64,000 bases of DNA from Acidobacteriota bacterium (GCA_965263035.1 OZ253580.1:3136001-3200000), one strand, 5' to 3'. Counted from the stretch's first letter, positions 19,330 to 30,007 are shown. Program-made: numbers and translations. The notes: a model not told the origin generated them from the letters alone.

Positions 19330-20565
19330 ATGAGGCGAACCCGGATATTCACACCCGGACCGACTCCAGTCGCCCCGTCTGCACAGCTGGCCATGGCCAG
19401 TCCTCTGGTCCACCATCGCAAGGACGAGTTCCGGGAGCTGCTTCTCGAGACTCGAAGCCACCTTCAGGCTCTCTTCAGGACCAAGAACGACGTCGTCATC
19501 CTCACCGCGTCCGGGACCGGAGCCATGGAAGCTTCGGTGAGCAACCTCCTTTTCTCCGAGTCCCGGGCCCTGGCCGTCTCTGCCGGGAAGTTCGGTGATC
19601 GCTGGGTCCAGATCTGCCGGGCCTTCGACGTGCCCTGCCAAGTTCTGGAGAAACCGTACGGTGAAGCGGCCTCGGCCCTGGAGATCCAACGCGCTCTGGA
19701 GGCCGACGCGGATATCCGTGTCCTGTTGATTCAGGGGTGCGAGAGTTCCACCGCCACCATCCACGACCTGGAATCCATCGCGCGGACGGTCCGCAGCCGT
19801 TTCCCCGACGTCCTGGTGGTGGTGGATGCGATTACGGCTTTGGGAAGTCAGCCGGTGGAGACGGACGCCTGGGGTCTGGACGTGGTCATCGGCGGCGCCC
19901 AGAAGGCTTTTGCGATCCCGCCCGGCCTGTCCTTTCTGTCTCTGAGTTCCCGGGCGCTTGCCGCGATCCGGTCTTGTCCCGGACCGCGCTTCTACTTCGA
20001 CCTTCGCAAGGAAGTGAAGGGACAGCGCCGGGGGCAAACGGGGCTGACCCCTGCCGTGGCTCTGGTGCAGGCTCTGAACCGGACGAGTCGGGAAATGGTC
20101 GAGCAGGGTCTGGACCGGATTCTGGAGCAGGTCGAGGTCCGGGCGCGTTGTACGCGGCGAGGATTGGAAGCCCTCGGTTTCAGACAGCTCTCCTCTGCGC
20201 CCGCCAACGCCTTGACCGCCTGCTTTCCGCCTCCGGGGATCGACGCGGCCCGGCTGATCCAAATTCTTCAGGAGCGCTTCGGGATCATCGTGGCGGGCGG
20301 GCAGGGTGTACTGAAGGGGAAGATCATTCGTATCGGACACCTGGGCTACTTCGATCTGGTCGATGTCTTCGCGGTGATTTCGGCCATTGAGGTCTGTCTT
20401 CCGGAACTGGGCGCCCGTATCGACCTGGGGTCCGGCATCAAAGCGGCCATGCAGGAAGCCGTGACGCCGATTTTCACAGTCCGTGGTGAAAATCCCGCGA
20501 GCACCGGGACCGTTCCTGCGCCCGCCGGACAAGGCGCGATGAGGGAGCATACTCGGAGTATGTGA
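19330..20565 (+). CDS. Class V aminotransferase (alanine-glyoxylate/serine-pyruvate type)
   Basis: TPGPT, SGTGAME, VDAI, AQK(PLP)AF..PPGL, RIGHLG; last ~30 aa are read from a MITE. Confidence 0.9.
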   Translation: MRRTRIFTPGPTPVAPSAQLAMASPLVHHRKDEFRELLLETRSHLQALFRTKNDVVILTASGTGAMEASVSNLLFSESRALAVSAGKFGDRWVQICRAFDVPCQVLEKPYGEAASALEIQRALEADADIRVLLIQGCESSTATIHDLESIARTVRSRFPDVLVVVDAITALGSQPVETDAWGLDVVIGGAQKAFAIPPGLSFLSLSSRALAAIRSCPGPRFYFDLRKEVKGQRRGQTGLTPAVALVQALNRTSREMVEQGLDRILEQVEVRARCTRRGLEALGFRQLSSAPANALTACFPPPGIDAARLIQILQERFGIIVAGGQGVLKGKIIRIGHLGYFDLVDVFAVISAIEVCLPELGARIDLGSGIKAAMQEAVTPIFTVRGENPASTGTVPAPAGQGAMREHTRSM

Positions 20566-20636
20566 CCGAATCGCAACGCAGTCCGCGCGCGATGCAGGGA
20601 CGGTCGAATGCCGTGGCGGCTTTTGCCACGGGCTGT
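20476..20636. mobile_element. MITE family B, copy 1 (161 bp)
   Basis: TIRs ACAGTCCGTGG / CCACGGGCTGT; homologous copies at 25707-26032 and 45638-45798. Confidence 0.85.
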
Positions 20637-21563
20637 TCAGCCCAGGATAGAGTCCACGAAGGTCTGGCGATCGAAGGGCGCCAGGTCCTCCAACCCCTCT
20701 CCCGTGCCGACGAAACGGATGGGGATCTTCAGTTGACTGGCGATTGCGGCGATGATCCCCCCCTTGGCTGTGCCGTCCAGCTTGGTGACGACGATTCCGG
20801 TGACGCCAAGGGAGGTCATGAACTCCCGAGCCTGGATGAGACCGTTTTGTCCGGTTGTCGCGTCCAGAACCAGGTAGACGTCGTGAGGCGCACCGGGAAC
20901 CAGCCTGCCGGCGACACGAGCCATTTTCTTGACCTCTTCCATGAGATTTCGCTTGGTGTGCAACCGGCCGGCCGTATCGGCGATGAGGACGTCCTTGTTA
21001 CGGGCCTTCGCCGCCTGCAAGGCGTCGTGCAAGACCGCCGCGGGATCGGTCCCGCCCCGCTGCATGATCAGGTCGGCCCGGCTACGGCGGCACCAGACGC
21101 TCAGTTGTTCCACCGCGGCGGCGCGAAACGTGTCCGACGCCGCGACGATGGCGCTCTTGCCGGCCCGGGCGTAACGATGGGCCAGCTTGCCGATGGTCGT
21201 CGTCTTGCCGACACCGTTGACTCCCACCATCAGGACCACGTGGGGTTTCTGGACCCATTCTTCCTGCCAACCCGGAGCCTCGAACAGCTCAAGGAGTTCG
21301 GAAGCCAGAAGCTTGCGAGCCTGTCCGGAACTGATCGGCCGTTTTCCCCGGCTGCTCTGACGGATTTTCTCCACCAGGCTTTCGCTGGTCTCGACTCCCA
21401 GGTCGGCCCCGATGAGGAGATATTCCAACTCTTCCAGCTGTTCCGGTGAGATGGGACTCTCCCGAGGTCCCAGCAATTCGTTCACCCTTCGGCTCAGCTC
21501 CTGGCGGGTCGACTGAAGCGCTCTCTTCAAGCGTCCGAAATAGCCGGGTCGTGCATTCGACAT
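20637..21563 (-). CDS. ftsY: Signal recognition particle receptor
   Basis: GVNGVGKTTTIGK, DTFRAAA, DTAGR, TKLDGTAKGG. Confidence 0.97.
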   Translation of the reverse strand: MSNARPGYFGRLKRALQSTRQELSRRVNELLGPRESPISPEQLEELEYLLIGADLGVETSESLVEKIRQSSRGKRPISSGQARKLLASELLELFEAPGWQEEWVQKPHVVLMVGVNGVGKTTTIGKLAHRYARAGKSAIVAASDTFRAAAVEQLSVWCRRSRADLIMQRGGTDPAAVLHDALQAAKARNKDVLIADTAGRLHTKRNLMEEVKKMARVAGRLVPGAPHDVYLVLDATTGQNGLIQAREFMTSLGVTGIVVTKLDGTAKGGIIAAIASQLKIPIRFVGTGEGLEDLAPFDRQTFVDSILG

Positions 21564-21571
21564 TGGGGGAT

Positions 21572-22183
21572 TCAGCTTGAGTTGTTGCTACCGACCAGGA
21601 CGTATTCCTGGAAGTCGCGCCTGACCTGTCGGCTGTGACCCTGTTCCAGGCTCGACAGGGTCCGCTCCAGTTGGTGCGTCAGCTCCCGGCAGAAGGCCAT
21701 CAGGTTGGGCACGCGTATTCCTTCCAGAGCCAGCGAGGTGGCCGTGGAGCCCAACTCACCGGGGAGCGACCGATGAAAGAGGTTGACTCCGATGCCGACG
21801 ATGGCCCACTGGATTCGTTCCGTTTGGGTCCCCATCTCGATCAGAATGCCGGCGCACTTCTTGCCGCTCAGCAGCACGTCGTTGGGCAGTTTGATGCGCA
21901 GGGCCGCCCCCGGCCCGCTCCAGGTGGCAATGGCTCGCACCACACCCAGGGCCGCGGCCTGGGTCAGATCCTCCGCCCGGCGGACCTCGGAGGCGGGAAA
22001 GCAGAGATAGGACGCGTAGAGTCCCATGCCCCTCGGGGAATGCCAGGAGCGTCCGAAGCGTCCCCGGCCCCCGGTCTGCTCTTCGGCGACGGCCACGCGG
22101 GCCTTCCCCGATTCGATGAACACGTTCAGGTAGTCGCTGGTCGAGTCGACTCGGGCCAGATAGTCCAACTGCCGGAAACGCAT
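21572..22183 (-). CDS. birA: Biotin-protein ligase (catalytic domain only)
   Basis: QTGGRGRFGRSW, KLPND, KCAGILIE, GIGVN. Confidence 0.88.
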   Translation of the reverse strand: MRFRQLDYLARVDSTSDYLNVFIESGKARVAVAEEQTGGRGRFGRSWHSPRGMGLYASYLCFPASEVRRAEDLTQAAALGVVRAIATWSGPGAALRIKLPNDVLLSGKKCAGILIEMGTQTERIQWAIVGIGVNLFHRSLPGELGSTATSLALEGIRVPNLMAFCRELTHQLERTLSSLEQGHSRQVRRDFQEYVLVGSNNSS

Positions 22184-22202
22184 CTTAGAACTCAGCGTCC
22201 TC

Positions 22203-23045
22203 TCAGTCCCGGTCCAGAATCAGACTGATGTCGCTGGAGGCGACGGAGTGGGTCAGCGAACCCATGGAAATGAAGTCGACGCCGGTCTCAGCATAAGCTT
22301 GCAGATTCTGGCCGGTGATGCCGCCTGAGACCTCCACCAGACACCGGCCCGCGCAGGCGGCGACCGATCGCCGGACTTCCTCCGCCGGCATGTTGTCCAG
22401 CAGGACGGCGTCCGCTCCGGCGTCCAGAGCCGCGGCCAGTTCATCCTGGTTGGTGACCTCCACCTGGATCCGCTGCAGATGACCGCAGCGCTCCCGGCAC
22501 GCCTGCACGGCCGCTCCGATGCCCCCAGCGGCGGCAATGTGGTTTTCCTTGATGAGAACGCCGTCATCCAGCCCCATCCGATGATTCTGTCCGCCCCCCA
22601 TTCGGACCGCGTATTTCTCCAGGCCGCGCCAGAGGGGCGTGGTCTTCCGAGTGTCCAGGACGCGGACACGGCTGGAACCGATCCGGTCCACGCAGCCTCG
22701 GGTCTGGGTGGCGATTCCGCAGAGTCGCTGGAGAAAATTCAACGCGACTCTCTCGGCTTTCAGGAGGACGGATACGGACGCCTCCAGGGTTCCCATGCAA
22801 CCCGGCTCGACCCAGTCCCCTTCGCCGTATCGAATCTGGCCGGCGACAGGGCCCAGGAGCTGAAAAACCCGGATGAAGACCGGCCAACCGGCCAGGACCA
22901 TACGCTGGCGAGCCAGAACCTGAGCCGTCCGGACCCCATCGGCATGGGGGGTGGACTGCAGTATGGCCTCGGTCGTGATGTCGCCTCGTCCCAGGTCCTC
23001 CTGGAGGGCTTGGCGAAGCCGGGGATCAAGGCTCAGGAAGTCCAT
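22203..23045 (-). CDS. nadC: Quinolinate phosphoribosyltransferase
   Basis: EDLG.GDITT, DTRKTTP, HR.GL.D, KENH, LLDNM, SGGI. Confidence 0.96.
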   Translation of the reverse strand: MDFLSLDPRLRQALQEDLGRGDITTEAILQSTPHADGVRTAQVLARQRMVLAGWPVFIRVFQLLGPVAGQIRYGEGDWVEPGCMGTLEASVSVLLKAERVALNFLQRLCGIATQTRGCVDRIGSSRVRVLDTRKTTPLWRGLEKYAVRMGGGQNHRMGLDDGVLIKENHIAAAGGIGAAVQACRERCGHLQRIQVEVTNQDELAAALDAGADAVLLDNMPAEEVRRSVAACAGRCLVEVSGGITGQNLQAYAETGVDFISMGSLTHSVASSDISLILDRD

Positions 23046-25671
23046 GGAGCATGTCCTGAAGCCGTCTCAGTTGAGTTCCAACGTCCTGCCGGCGCCGTCG
23101 AGCGCCGTCCACGATGTGGGCCGGAGCCTTGCGAACGAAGTTTTCGTTGTCCAGTTTGCGGTCAAGCCGAATCCGATCTTCCTCGAGCCGGCCGATCTGA
23201 CGTTGCAGCCGGTCTTTCTCCGCTGCCAGATCGATGGCCTCGTCCAGCCGCAGGGAGAACTGAGTCGTGTCGGCCACGCCGGTGATGCGCAGTCCTTCCC
23301 GGCTCAGCCCGTCCAGGAACTCGATCTCGCTGAGTCGGGCCAGATTCTTCAGGTGGTGAGTCTGAGATTCTAGGAAACTGCGGGTCAGAAACGAACAGGT
23401 GAACTCGGCGGGAAGGCGCCTCCTGGGATCGATGTTGTTCTCGGCTCGAGCCGTTCGCAGCGCCGTGATCAACTCCTGGAGTTGGATCATGCGGTGGATG
23501 TCATCCCGGTCGATCCATTCCGGCCGGGCCTCCGGATAGGGGGCCAGCATGATGGTTTCGCCCGAATGCGGGAGCCGTTGCCAAAGTTCCTCCGTCAGGA
23601 AGGGCACGAAGGGGTGAAGCAACCGGAGAGAGCGTTCCAGGACATGGGCGGCGACCTGGGCGGCAACGGTGTCGCCGCCGTTGATTCGCCCCTTGATCAA
23701 CTCGACGTACCAGTCGCAGAACTCATGCCAGAAGAAGTGGTAGAGATCGTTGCTGGCGCTGTGAATGAAGAACCGCTCCAGATTCCTTTCCGTGTCCTGA
23801 TTGATCTGCTGGAGCCGGCCCAGAATCCATCTGTCCTCCAGCCGCAGGGAACCCTTCTCCCAAAGTCTGCCGATATCCTCCTCGTCGGCGTTCAGTCCTT
23901 GATCCAGGTTCAGCAGCAGATAGCGGGCGCCGTTCCAGATCTTGTTGCAGAAGGCCCGGTAGCCGGCCATGCGGCTGATGGAGAAAGGGATGTCGGCTCC
24001 GGGGGCGGCTGAGACCGCCAGCGTGAACCGGACCGCATCGCACCCGTACTCCTCGATGACCTCCAGCGGGTCGATGATGTTGCCCTTGGACTTGGACATC
24101 TTCTGCCCATGCTGGTCGCGGACCAGTCCGGTGATGAAGACTTGTCTGAAGGGCACATCTCTCCGGAAGCGGAGGCCGAGCATCATCATGCGGGCGACCC
24201 AGAAGAAGATGATGTCGAATCCCGTGACCAGGGTGCTGGTGGGATAGAAGGTCTCCAGGTCCCGCGTCCGGTCCGGCCAGCCCAGAGTCGAAAAGGGCCA
24301 GAGGCCGGAACTGAACCAGGTGTCCAGGACATCCGATTCCTGAACCTGACGAGCACTTCCGCAGCGGGAACAGGATTCGGGCTCGGTTCGGGCCACGGTC
24401 GAGTGGCCGCAGTCCTCGCAGGTCCAGGCGGGGATGCGGTGTCCCCACCAGAGTTGCCGGCTGATGCACCAGTCGTGGATGTTGGTCATCCAATCGGAAT
24501 AGATTTTCGTGTAATTCCCGGGGACGAAAACGGTCGAACCGTCCTCGACTGCCTGGAGAGCGGTCTGAGCCAGCGGCTTCACCCTGACGAACCACTGCGT
24601 CGAAACCAGAGGCTCCACCACCGTCGAGCATCTCTGGCACCGCCCCACATTGTGGTCGTGGGTCTCAACCCTCTCCAGCAAGCCCAGGCGTTCCAGCTCG
24701 GCGGCAACCCGCCGCCGGGCCTCGTAGCGATCCAGTCCGGCGAAGGCTCCCGCGTCGGCGGTCATCCGGCCGTCCTCGTCGATCACCTTCACGATGGGCA
24801 GTGCATGGCGCCGGCCCGCTTCGAAGTCGTTGGGGTCGTGTCCCGGAGTGACCTTTACGGCTCCGGTCCCGAATTCGCGGTCGACGAAGGAGTCCTCGAT
24901 GATGGGGATTTCCCGCTTCATCAAGGGCAGAACGGCGGTTTGGCCCCGGAGGTGGTGGTAGCGGCCGTCATCGGGATGAACCGCTACGGCGGTGTCCCCC
25001 AGCATGGTCTCGGGACGAGTGGTGGCCACCACCAGAAACTCATCCGAAGACTTGACCGGATAACGGATATGCCAGAGGTGGCCCCGCGTGGGTGCGAACT
25101 CCACCTCGAGATCCGAGATGGCGGTGCGGCAACGGGGACACCAGTTGACCAGGTACTCCCCCTTGTAGATGAGCCCCTCTTCGTAGAGGCGGACGAAAAC
25201 CTCTCTCACCGCCCGGGACAGCCCCTCGTCCAAGGTGAACCTCTGGCGGCTCCAGTCGCAGGAGCATCCCAGCTTGCGGATCTGGGAGAGAATGTTGTTC
25301 TCCGCTATCTTCTTCCACTTCCAGACCCGCTTCTCGAAGGCGGTTCGGCCCAGGTCCGAACGGGTCTTTCCCTCCTCTGCCAACTGACGTTCCACTACGT
25401 TCTGGGTGGCGATTCCCGCATGGTCCGTGCCCGGCAGCCAGAGGGTGTTGAAACCCTTCATCCGCTTCCAGCGGATCAGAATGTCCTGGAGCGTGCAGTT
25501 GAGGGCGTGGCCCATGTGCAGGGACCCGGTGACGTTCGGGGGAGGAATCACGATACTGTAGGCCGGCTTGCCGGAATCGGTGCCGCCCTTGAAGTAGCCT
25601 CTCTCTTCCCAGAGGGTGTACCACTTCCGTTCGACTCGCTTCGGCTCGTAGGTCTTGGCCAGGTTGATCAA
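23026..25671 (-). CDS. valS: Valyl-tRNA synthetase
   Basis: [36 protein letters not shown]; start reassigned to TTG 25671 because the upstream ORF extension is MITE DNA. Confidence 0.97.
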   Translation of the reverse strand: MINLAKTYEPKRVERKWYTLWEERGYFKGGTDSGKPAYSIVIPPPNVTGSLHMGHALNCTLQDILIRWKRMKGFNTLWLPGTDHAGIATQNVVERQLAEEGKTRSDLGRTAFEKRVWKWKKIAENNILSQIRKLGCSCDWSRQRFTLDEGLSRAVREVFVRLYEEGLIYKGEYLVNWCPRCRTAISDLEVEFAPTRGHLWHIRYPVKSSDEFLVVATTRPETMLGDTAVAVHPDDGRYHHLRGQTAVLPLMKREIPIIEDSFVDREFGTGAVKVTPGHDPNDFEAGRRHALPIVKVIDEDGRMTADAGAFAGLDRYEARRRVAAELERLGLLERVETHDHNVGRCQRCSTVVEPLVSTQWFVRVKPLAQTALQAVEDGSTVFVPGNYTKIYSDWMTNIHDWCISRQLWWGHRIPAWTCEDCGHSTVARTEPESCSRCGSARQVQESDVLDTWFSSGLWPFSTLGWPDRTRDLETFYPTSTLVTGFDIIFFWVARMMMLGLRFRRDVPFRQVFITGLVRDQHGQKMSKSKGNIIDPLEVIEEYGCDAVRFTLAVSAAPGADIPFSISRMAGYRAFCNKIWNGARYLLLNLDQGLNADEEDIGRLWEKGSLRLEDRWILGRLQQINQDTERNLERFFIHSASNDLYHFFWHEFCDWYVELIKGRINGGDTVAAQVAAHVLERSLRLLHPFVPFLTEELWQRLPHSGETIMLAPYPEARPEWIDRDDIHRMIQLQELITALRTARAENNIDPRRRLPAEFTCSFLTRSFLESQTHHLKNLARLSEIEFLDGLSREGLRITGVADTTQFSLRLDEAIDLAAEKDRLQRQIGRLEEDRIRLDRKLDNENFVRKAPAHIVDGARRRRQDVGTQLRRLQDMLHGLPEP

Positions 25672-25706
25672 TCCGAATGCCCCGGTTGAATCGATGGATC
25701 GGGCTA

Positions 25707-26032
25707 GCAGCCCGTGGCCAAAGCCGTCACGGCATTCGACCGGGTCTGCATCGTGCGCGGACTGCGTTGCGCCTCGGTCACATAGGAGCCTGCGCCGCAG
25801 AAATTGATCTACTGCGAAAGCAGTAGAATCGGTCCATATTTCCTCGATTTCTCGGCGAATAGAACAACTATGCACCTCCAAATCGAGAAAATCTGGCCTC
25901 GATTCCCCACTTTCTCGCTACGATCATTTCTACTGCGCAGACTCCTAGGGTCGAATATGCTCCCTCACCGCGCCTTGTCCGGCGGGCGCAGCCCCGGTCT
26001 CGGTGCTACGCGGGATTTTCACCACGGACTGT
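25707..26032. mobile_element. MITE family B, copy 2 (inverted), interrupted by MITE A
   Basis: Both halves align to the reverse complement of 20476-20636. Confidence 0.85.
25785..25945. mobile_element. MITE family A, copy 2 (nested)
   Basis: Near-identical to 3045-3205; TA on both sides. Confidence 0.88.
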
Positions 26033-26044
26033 CAGGAAGGAGGG

Positions 26045-26053
26045 ATTATAGCA
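26045..26053 (-). promoter_or_regulatory. Extended -10 promoter for valS (TGCTATAAT)
   Basis: Perfect TGnTATAAT on the minus strand between bamD and the MITEs. Confidence 0.6.
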
Positions 26054-26146
26054 GACTCACGGAGGGGCACTTCCGCGGCGGAGCCGGCAGTCCGTTCCCG
26101 GATGAACTGCTGTTCTTGGGATGGATGGCGCTTCGTCGGGACTCGG

Positions 26147-27136
26147 TCAGCGAAGCGATTCGTCGCTCCCGGACTCTCCCATCTGGCGTTGTTCGGCGCG
26201 GCGGCGCGCCACCTCGTAGGGATCCTCGCGTCCGGTAAAGATCCCCAAGACGCCTCGGACCGGGGAGAGGATCGAGAATCCGTCTTTCTCGTATTGCTTC
26301 ATGCGAGCCAGGTTCCGAGCGGCCCTGGCCTGGTCCAACTCCGGGACCGGTCTTTCCAGAAGGATCAGCTTCTCCCTGGAGTCTTCGAAGTAGGGGCTGA
26401 ACTCGTACTCTCGCGCCACCCGGGAGTAGTAGACCGTCGCTTCCTCGACCCGTCCCAGATTCTCCAGAGACGCGGCCAGGTGAAACAGGCTCGCGTCGAG
26501 CCGGCTGAACTCATTGTATTCCTCCACCACCTCTTCGAATCGGTTGGCCGCGGCTGAATATCGTTTCTTCCCAAAGTAGAAGTCGCCGACCCCGTGGACC
26601 CCTTTGGCCAGATCCTCACGCACCTGCCGGAGAAACTCTTCCGCCGTCGGCACATACTCGCTGTCCGGGAAGTCATCCAGGAACTTCTTCAGTTCGATCT
26701 CCGCCTTGCGGGTGTAGGTGGGGTCCCGATCATGAGGCTTCATGAGCCGGTAGTTGATGGCGGCGATCCTCATCTGGGAGTTGTCCGCGCTTTCGTGGGT
26801 GGGGTAGAAAATGATGAAGTCCTTGTACTGAGCCTCCGCTTGGAGCAGGTTCTCCCTGCCTCCTTCCTCGTAATAGGAGTCGGCGATGGAGAGGAACGAG
26901 GTCGGAGTGTACTCGCTCTCGGGATAGGTGCTGATGAGCGTCTGGAAGGAGAGGCGCGACTTGATGAAGTGTTTTTTGCCCAGGAACTTCATCCCGTTTT
27001 CGAAGAGGGTCTTGTCAGGCGCCACCGCCCCCTCCTGAAGATCCGCTCCTTTGCGGCCGCCACAGGAGGCCAGAATGATCAAGGAACTCGACAGCAAGGT
27101 CAGCCTGACAAGGGTTCTCATTTTCACTGTCCCCAT
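26147..27136 (-). CDS. bamD: Outer membrane protein assembly factor BamD (TPR lipoprotein)
   Basis: Lipobox LASC; YPESEY, FPDSEY, RDPT, AA.NRF TPR pattern. Confidence 0.9.
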   Translation of the reverse strand: MGTVKMRTLVRLTLLSSSLIILASCGGRKGADLQEGAVAPDKTLFENGMKFLGKKHFIKSRLSFQTLISTYPESEYTPTSFLSIADSYYEEGGRENLLQAEAQYKDFIIFYPTHESADNSQMRIAAINYRLMKPHDRDPTYTRKAEIELKKFLDDFPDSEYVPTAEEFLRQVREDLAKGVHGVGDFYFGKKRYSAAANRFEEVVEEYNEFSRLDASLFHLAASLENLGRVEEATVYYSRVAREYEFSPYFEDSREKLILLERPVPELDQARAARNLARMKQYEKDGFSILSPVRGVLGIFTGREDPYEVARRRAEQRQMGESGSDESLR

Positions 27137-27142
27137 TTCAGA

Positions 27143-27808
27143 TTACGCGGACGCCTCGTCCGCCAAATTCTGCATACGCCGAAACGTCTCGCTCGGAGAG
27201 GGAGTTCCGAAGATGGCCGAGCCGGCCACCAGAATCTCTGCCCCGGCCCGAACCGCATCCTGCGTATTGGCGGGTCCGATTCCGCCGTCGATCTCGATTT
27301 TGACCCGGAGCTTGTTCCGAGCCGCCATCTCTTTCAATTTTCTCATTTTGTCGTAGCTCGTGGCAATGAACCGCTGTCCCGAGAAACCGGGGTTCACCGA
27401 CATGATCATGACGTGGTGGCACTTGGGGAGGATCTCCTCCAGGACTCCGACCGGCGTGTGGGGGTTCAGGCCCACTCCCGGTTGGGCCCCCTTTTCGCGG
27501 ATACTATCCATTAGACGGTCCAAATGGAGAACTGTTTCATACTGGACGCTCAAATAGTCCGCTCCGGCGTCGATGAACGCGTCGGCCATCTCTTCGGGGT
27601 TGGAGATCATGAGGTGGACATCCAGGACGAGGTCGGTCTGCTTGCGCACCGCCTCGATCACCGGCAGACCGAAGCTCAGGTTGGGGACGAAATGTCCATC
27701 CATGACGTCCAGATGCAGGATCCGGGCTCCTGCCTGCTCCATTTCCCTGACGGAACCTCCCAGGTCGAGAAAGTCGGCCGAGAGTAGAGACGGGGCGATC
27801 CAAGGCAT
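27143..27808 (-). CDS. rpe: Ribulose-phosphate 3-epimerase
   Basis: IAPSLLSADF, HLDVMDGHFVPN, MSVNPGF, IDGG. Confidence 0.97.
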   Translation of the reverse strand: MPWIAPSLLSADFLDLGGSVREMEQAGARILHLDVMDGHFVPNLSFGLPVIEAVRKQTDLVLDVHLMISNPEEMADAFIDAGADYLSVQYETVLHLDRLMDSIREKGAQPGVGLNPHTPVGVLEEILPKCHHVMIMSVNPGFSGQRFIATSYDKMRKLKEMAARNKLRVKIEIDGGIGPANTQDAVRAGAEILVAGSAIFGTPSPSETFRRMQNLADEASA

Positions 27809-28566
27809 CAGCTGGCGACCTCCAGAATGATGGTATCGTTTTCCTTCAACATGTTTCCCGGCTCGGGGTATTGACGGACCACCTTGCCCCGAGTCCTGCT
27901 GGCCCCTCTGGTGTAATTGACCTTTGGTGACTCGAAGCCGTTCTTCCGAATGAGGGATCGGACCCGGTTCAGATCCAGGTCCCTGAAATCAGGCATGATG
28001 TAACGCTGGACCTGCTTTTTGCCCACCAGGACATCGACCCGGGCCGTGAGGACTTCCGTGGACTCCGGACTGGGGACTTGACGGATGATCTGGTCCGACC
28101 CAACGTCGGAGAGGAAGATCTCGCTGATGTGACCTATCTCGTAGCCGGACTGTTGCGACATCAGGCGGGCGACCCGCTGTGTGGACCCGATGAGATCGGG
28201 GACCGGATTGTGTTGGACTCCCAGGCTCACCATCACCCGGACTCGACCGTTGGCCTTGATGCGGACACCGGGAGTGGGAATCTGAGAGACGACGGCACCG
28301 TTGGGAATCGACGCGTCGTAGACTTCTCCCGCCACCGCCATGCCCAGACCGACCGCTTCCAGCTGTTCTCTTGCCTGCTCCATGTCGACTCGGACGACGG
28401 ACGGGACCACGACTTCCGTCGCCCGCGTCGCCATACGCATGCTGATGTTCAGGCTGAGCAGGAAGACGACCATCAGGACGCCGGCCAACAGGACCAGCTT
28501 GACCAAGGTCACGAACGGATTGCGCCGTTTTCCCGAAGCTTTCTTTACCCGTTTCCTGGAGGCCAT
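27808..28566 (-). CDS. Membrane-anchored triple-PASTA domain protein
   Basis: Basic N-terminus + TM helix, then three VP/MP...Q.P.PG repeats; no kinase domain. Confidence 0.85.
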   Translation of the reverse strand: MASRKRVKKASGKRRNPFVTLVKLVLLAGVLMVVFLLSLNISMRMATRATEVVVPSVVRVDMEQAREQLEAVGLGMAVAGEVYDASIPNGAVVSQIPTPGVRIKANGRVRVMVSLGVQHNPVPDLIGSTQRVARLMSQQSGYEIGHISEIFLSDVGSDQIIRQVPSPESTEVLTARVDVLVGKKQVQRYIMPDFRDLDLNRVRSLIRKNGFESPKVNYTRGASRTRGKVVRQYPEPGNMLKENDTIILEVAS

Positions 28567-28635
28567 TCCCGTTACTGCCTGCGGATGAAACACGCTACCA
28601 CAACGCCAGGGGTGACTCCAAGCTCAGGAACTGCG

Positions 28636-28745
28636 GTGGGAGCGGCGGCTTTCTTGCCGCCGAACTCCGAAGTGACGAGCGTGGGAGCGGGGGTTTTCAG
28701 ACCCCGATTCCGGGCGGCGTGGGGGGGACTGAGAGTCCCTGTCCT
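28636..28745 (+). repeat. REP-like composite (two GTGGGAGCG hairpin units + partner)
   Basis: GTGGGAGCGGCGGCTTTCTTGCCGCCG and GTGGGAGCGGGGGTTTTCAGACCCCG; homologous to 38497-38612, 15627 and 30148. Confidence 0.75.
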
Positions 28746-30007
28746 TTCCGAACCAGGCAGGCGGCGAAGAAGGCCTCGCATTTCAGGAAGTCCGTCGCCG
28801 GCTGCGGCAGCAACTTGGCCTCCGGTTCCAAGTCGAGCAGATTCTCAACCACCCCATGGTTCTCCTCCGGCTCGGTGGAACAGGTGGCGTAGATCAGCTG
28901 CCCCCCGGGACGCAGCATTCGAAAACTGCTCCGTAAGAGGGAAAGCTGAATCCGTGCCATTCGTTGGACGTCCTCCTCGGCAAGCCTCCACCGAATGTCC
29001 GGATTGGCTCGCAAGGTGGCGGTCCCGGTGCAGGGGACATCCAACAGGATGAAGTCGAAGGGTATCCGGAAGGGGGGGGTGGCCAGATCGGCCTGCACGG
29101 CCCGGAGTTGTGGGATCCGGTACAGGTCGGCTCTGGCTCTCATCTGACGTAGACGGGGAAGACTGAGATCGCAACAGAAAACACGGGCATCGGATCGTTT
29201 GCGGACGTGAAGGATGAAGGATTTCCCCCCCGGAGCCGCACAGAAATCACCTAGAATCCGGCACCCGCTGAGGTCCCCCAGTTGGGCGACCTCCTGACTG
29301 GCCGGACTCATCAGGAAGCAGTGGCCCCGGCGGTACAGGGGGTGGCGGACGAATGACCTGGAGTTCACTCTGACGCAATGGGGAAGGCGGGGATGAAGTT
29401 GAAAGGGAACTCCTTCATGGTCCAACCGCCGGCAGAATTTCTCCCGCGTCGTACGGAATGGATTGACCCAGAGATACAGCAGCGGTGGGCGGTTGTTTCT
29501 CTCCAGGATCGTCCGGGTTCCCTCGGAGCCGTATCTTGAGAGGTACCGGCGCACGAGCCATTCGGGGTGACTGTAAAGGATGGACAGGCTCAGGGCGTCG
29601 TCGGGATCCGGAGAAGCGGGCCGGTTCCGAAGAAAGCCGCGGAGGACGGCGTTGACCAGGGGTCCGGCGGAGGACTTGCGGAGTTCCCTGCAGAGCCGGA
29701 CCGACTCGTGAACCGCGGCCCGCTCCGGAATCCTCAGATAGTTGAGTTGAAACAGGCCTACACGCAGTATCTGGAGCACTTCCGGATCCAAGCGGGAACG
29801 GGGACGCTCCAGCAACGCATCCAGCTGAAAGTCCAGCAGGGACCGGTTTCGCAGGACGCCGTAGACCAGTTCCGTCGCAAGTCGTCTGTCTCGCTCTGGC
29901 AGAGAGCCGAAATCGGAAGATTCGAAGCGGGCGTCCAGGGAGATTCGCCGGTCGTCCTCACTGTCCAGGAGCACCCGCAGGGCCACATTCCTGGCGGCGC
30001 GTTTCAC
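28697..30007 (-). CDS. rsmB: 16S rRNA m5C967 methyltransferase
   Basis: NusB-like N-domain (ELVYG.LR, VNAVLR), SHPEWL, CAAPGGKS, DVPC.GT, YATCS..PEEN; GTG start at 30007. Confidence 0.9.
   Translation of the reverse strand: MKRAARNVALRVLLDSEDDRRISLDARFESSDFGSLPERDRRLATELVYGVLRNRSLLDFQLDALLERPRSRLDPEVLQILRVGLFQLNYLRIPERAAVHESVRLCRELRKSSAGPLVNAVLRGFLRNRPASPDPDDALSLSILYSHPEWLVRRYLSRYGSEGTRTILERNNRPPLLYLWVNPFRTTREKFCRRLDHEGVPFQLHPRLPHCVRVNSRSFVRHPLYRRGHCFLMSPASQEVAQLGDLSGCRILGDFCAAPGGKSFILHVRKRSDARVFCCDLSLPRLRQMRARADLYRIPQLRAVQADLATPPFRIPFDFILLDVPCTGTATLRANPDIRWRLAEEDVQRMARIQLSLLRSSFRMLRPGGQLIYATCSTEPEENHGVVENLLDLEPEAKLLPQPATDFLKCEAFFAACLVRKGQGLSVPPTPPGIGV

Noticed and set aside
25672-25881. 70-aa N-terminal extension of ValS in the ORF track
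   Set aside because: It is translated MITE DNA; ValS homology starts at about 25671
26033-26146. T-box riboswitch upstream of valS
   Set aside because: No T-box consensus or terminator/antiterminator seen
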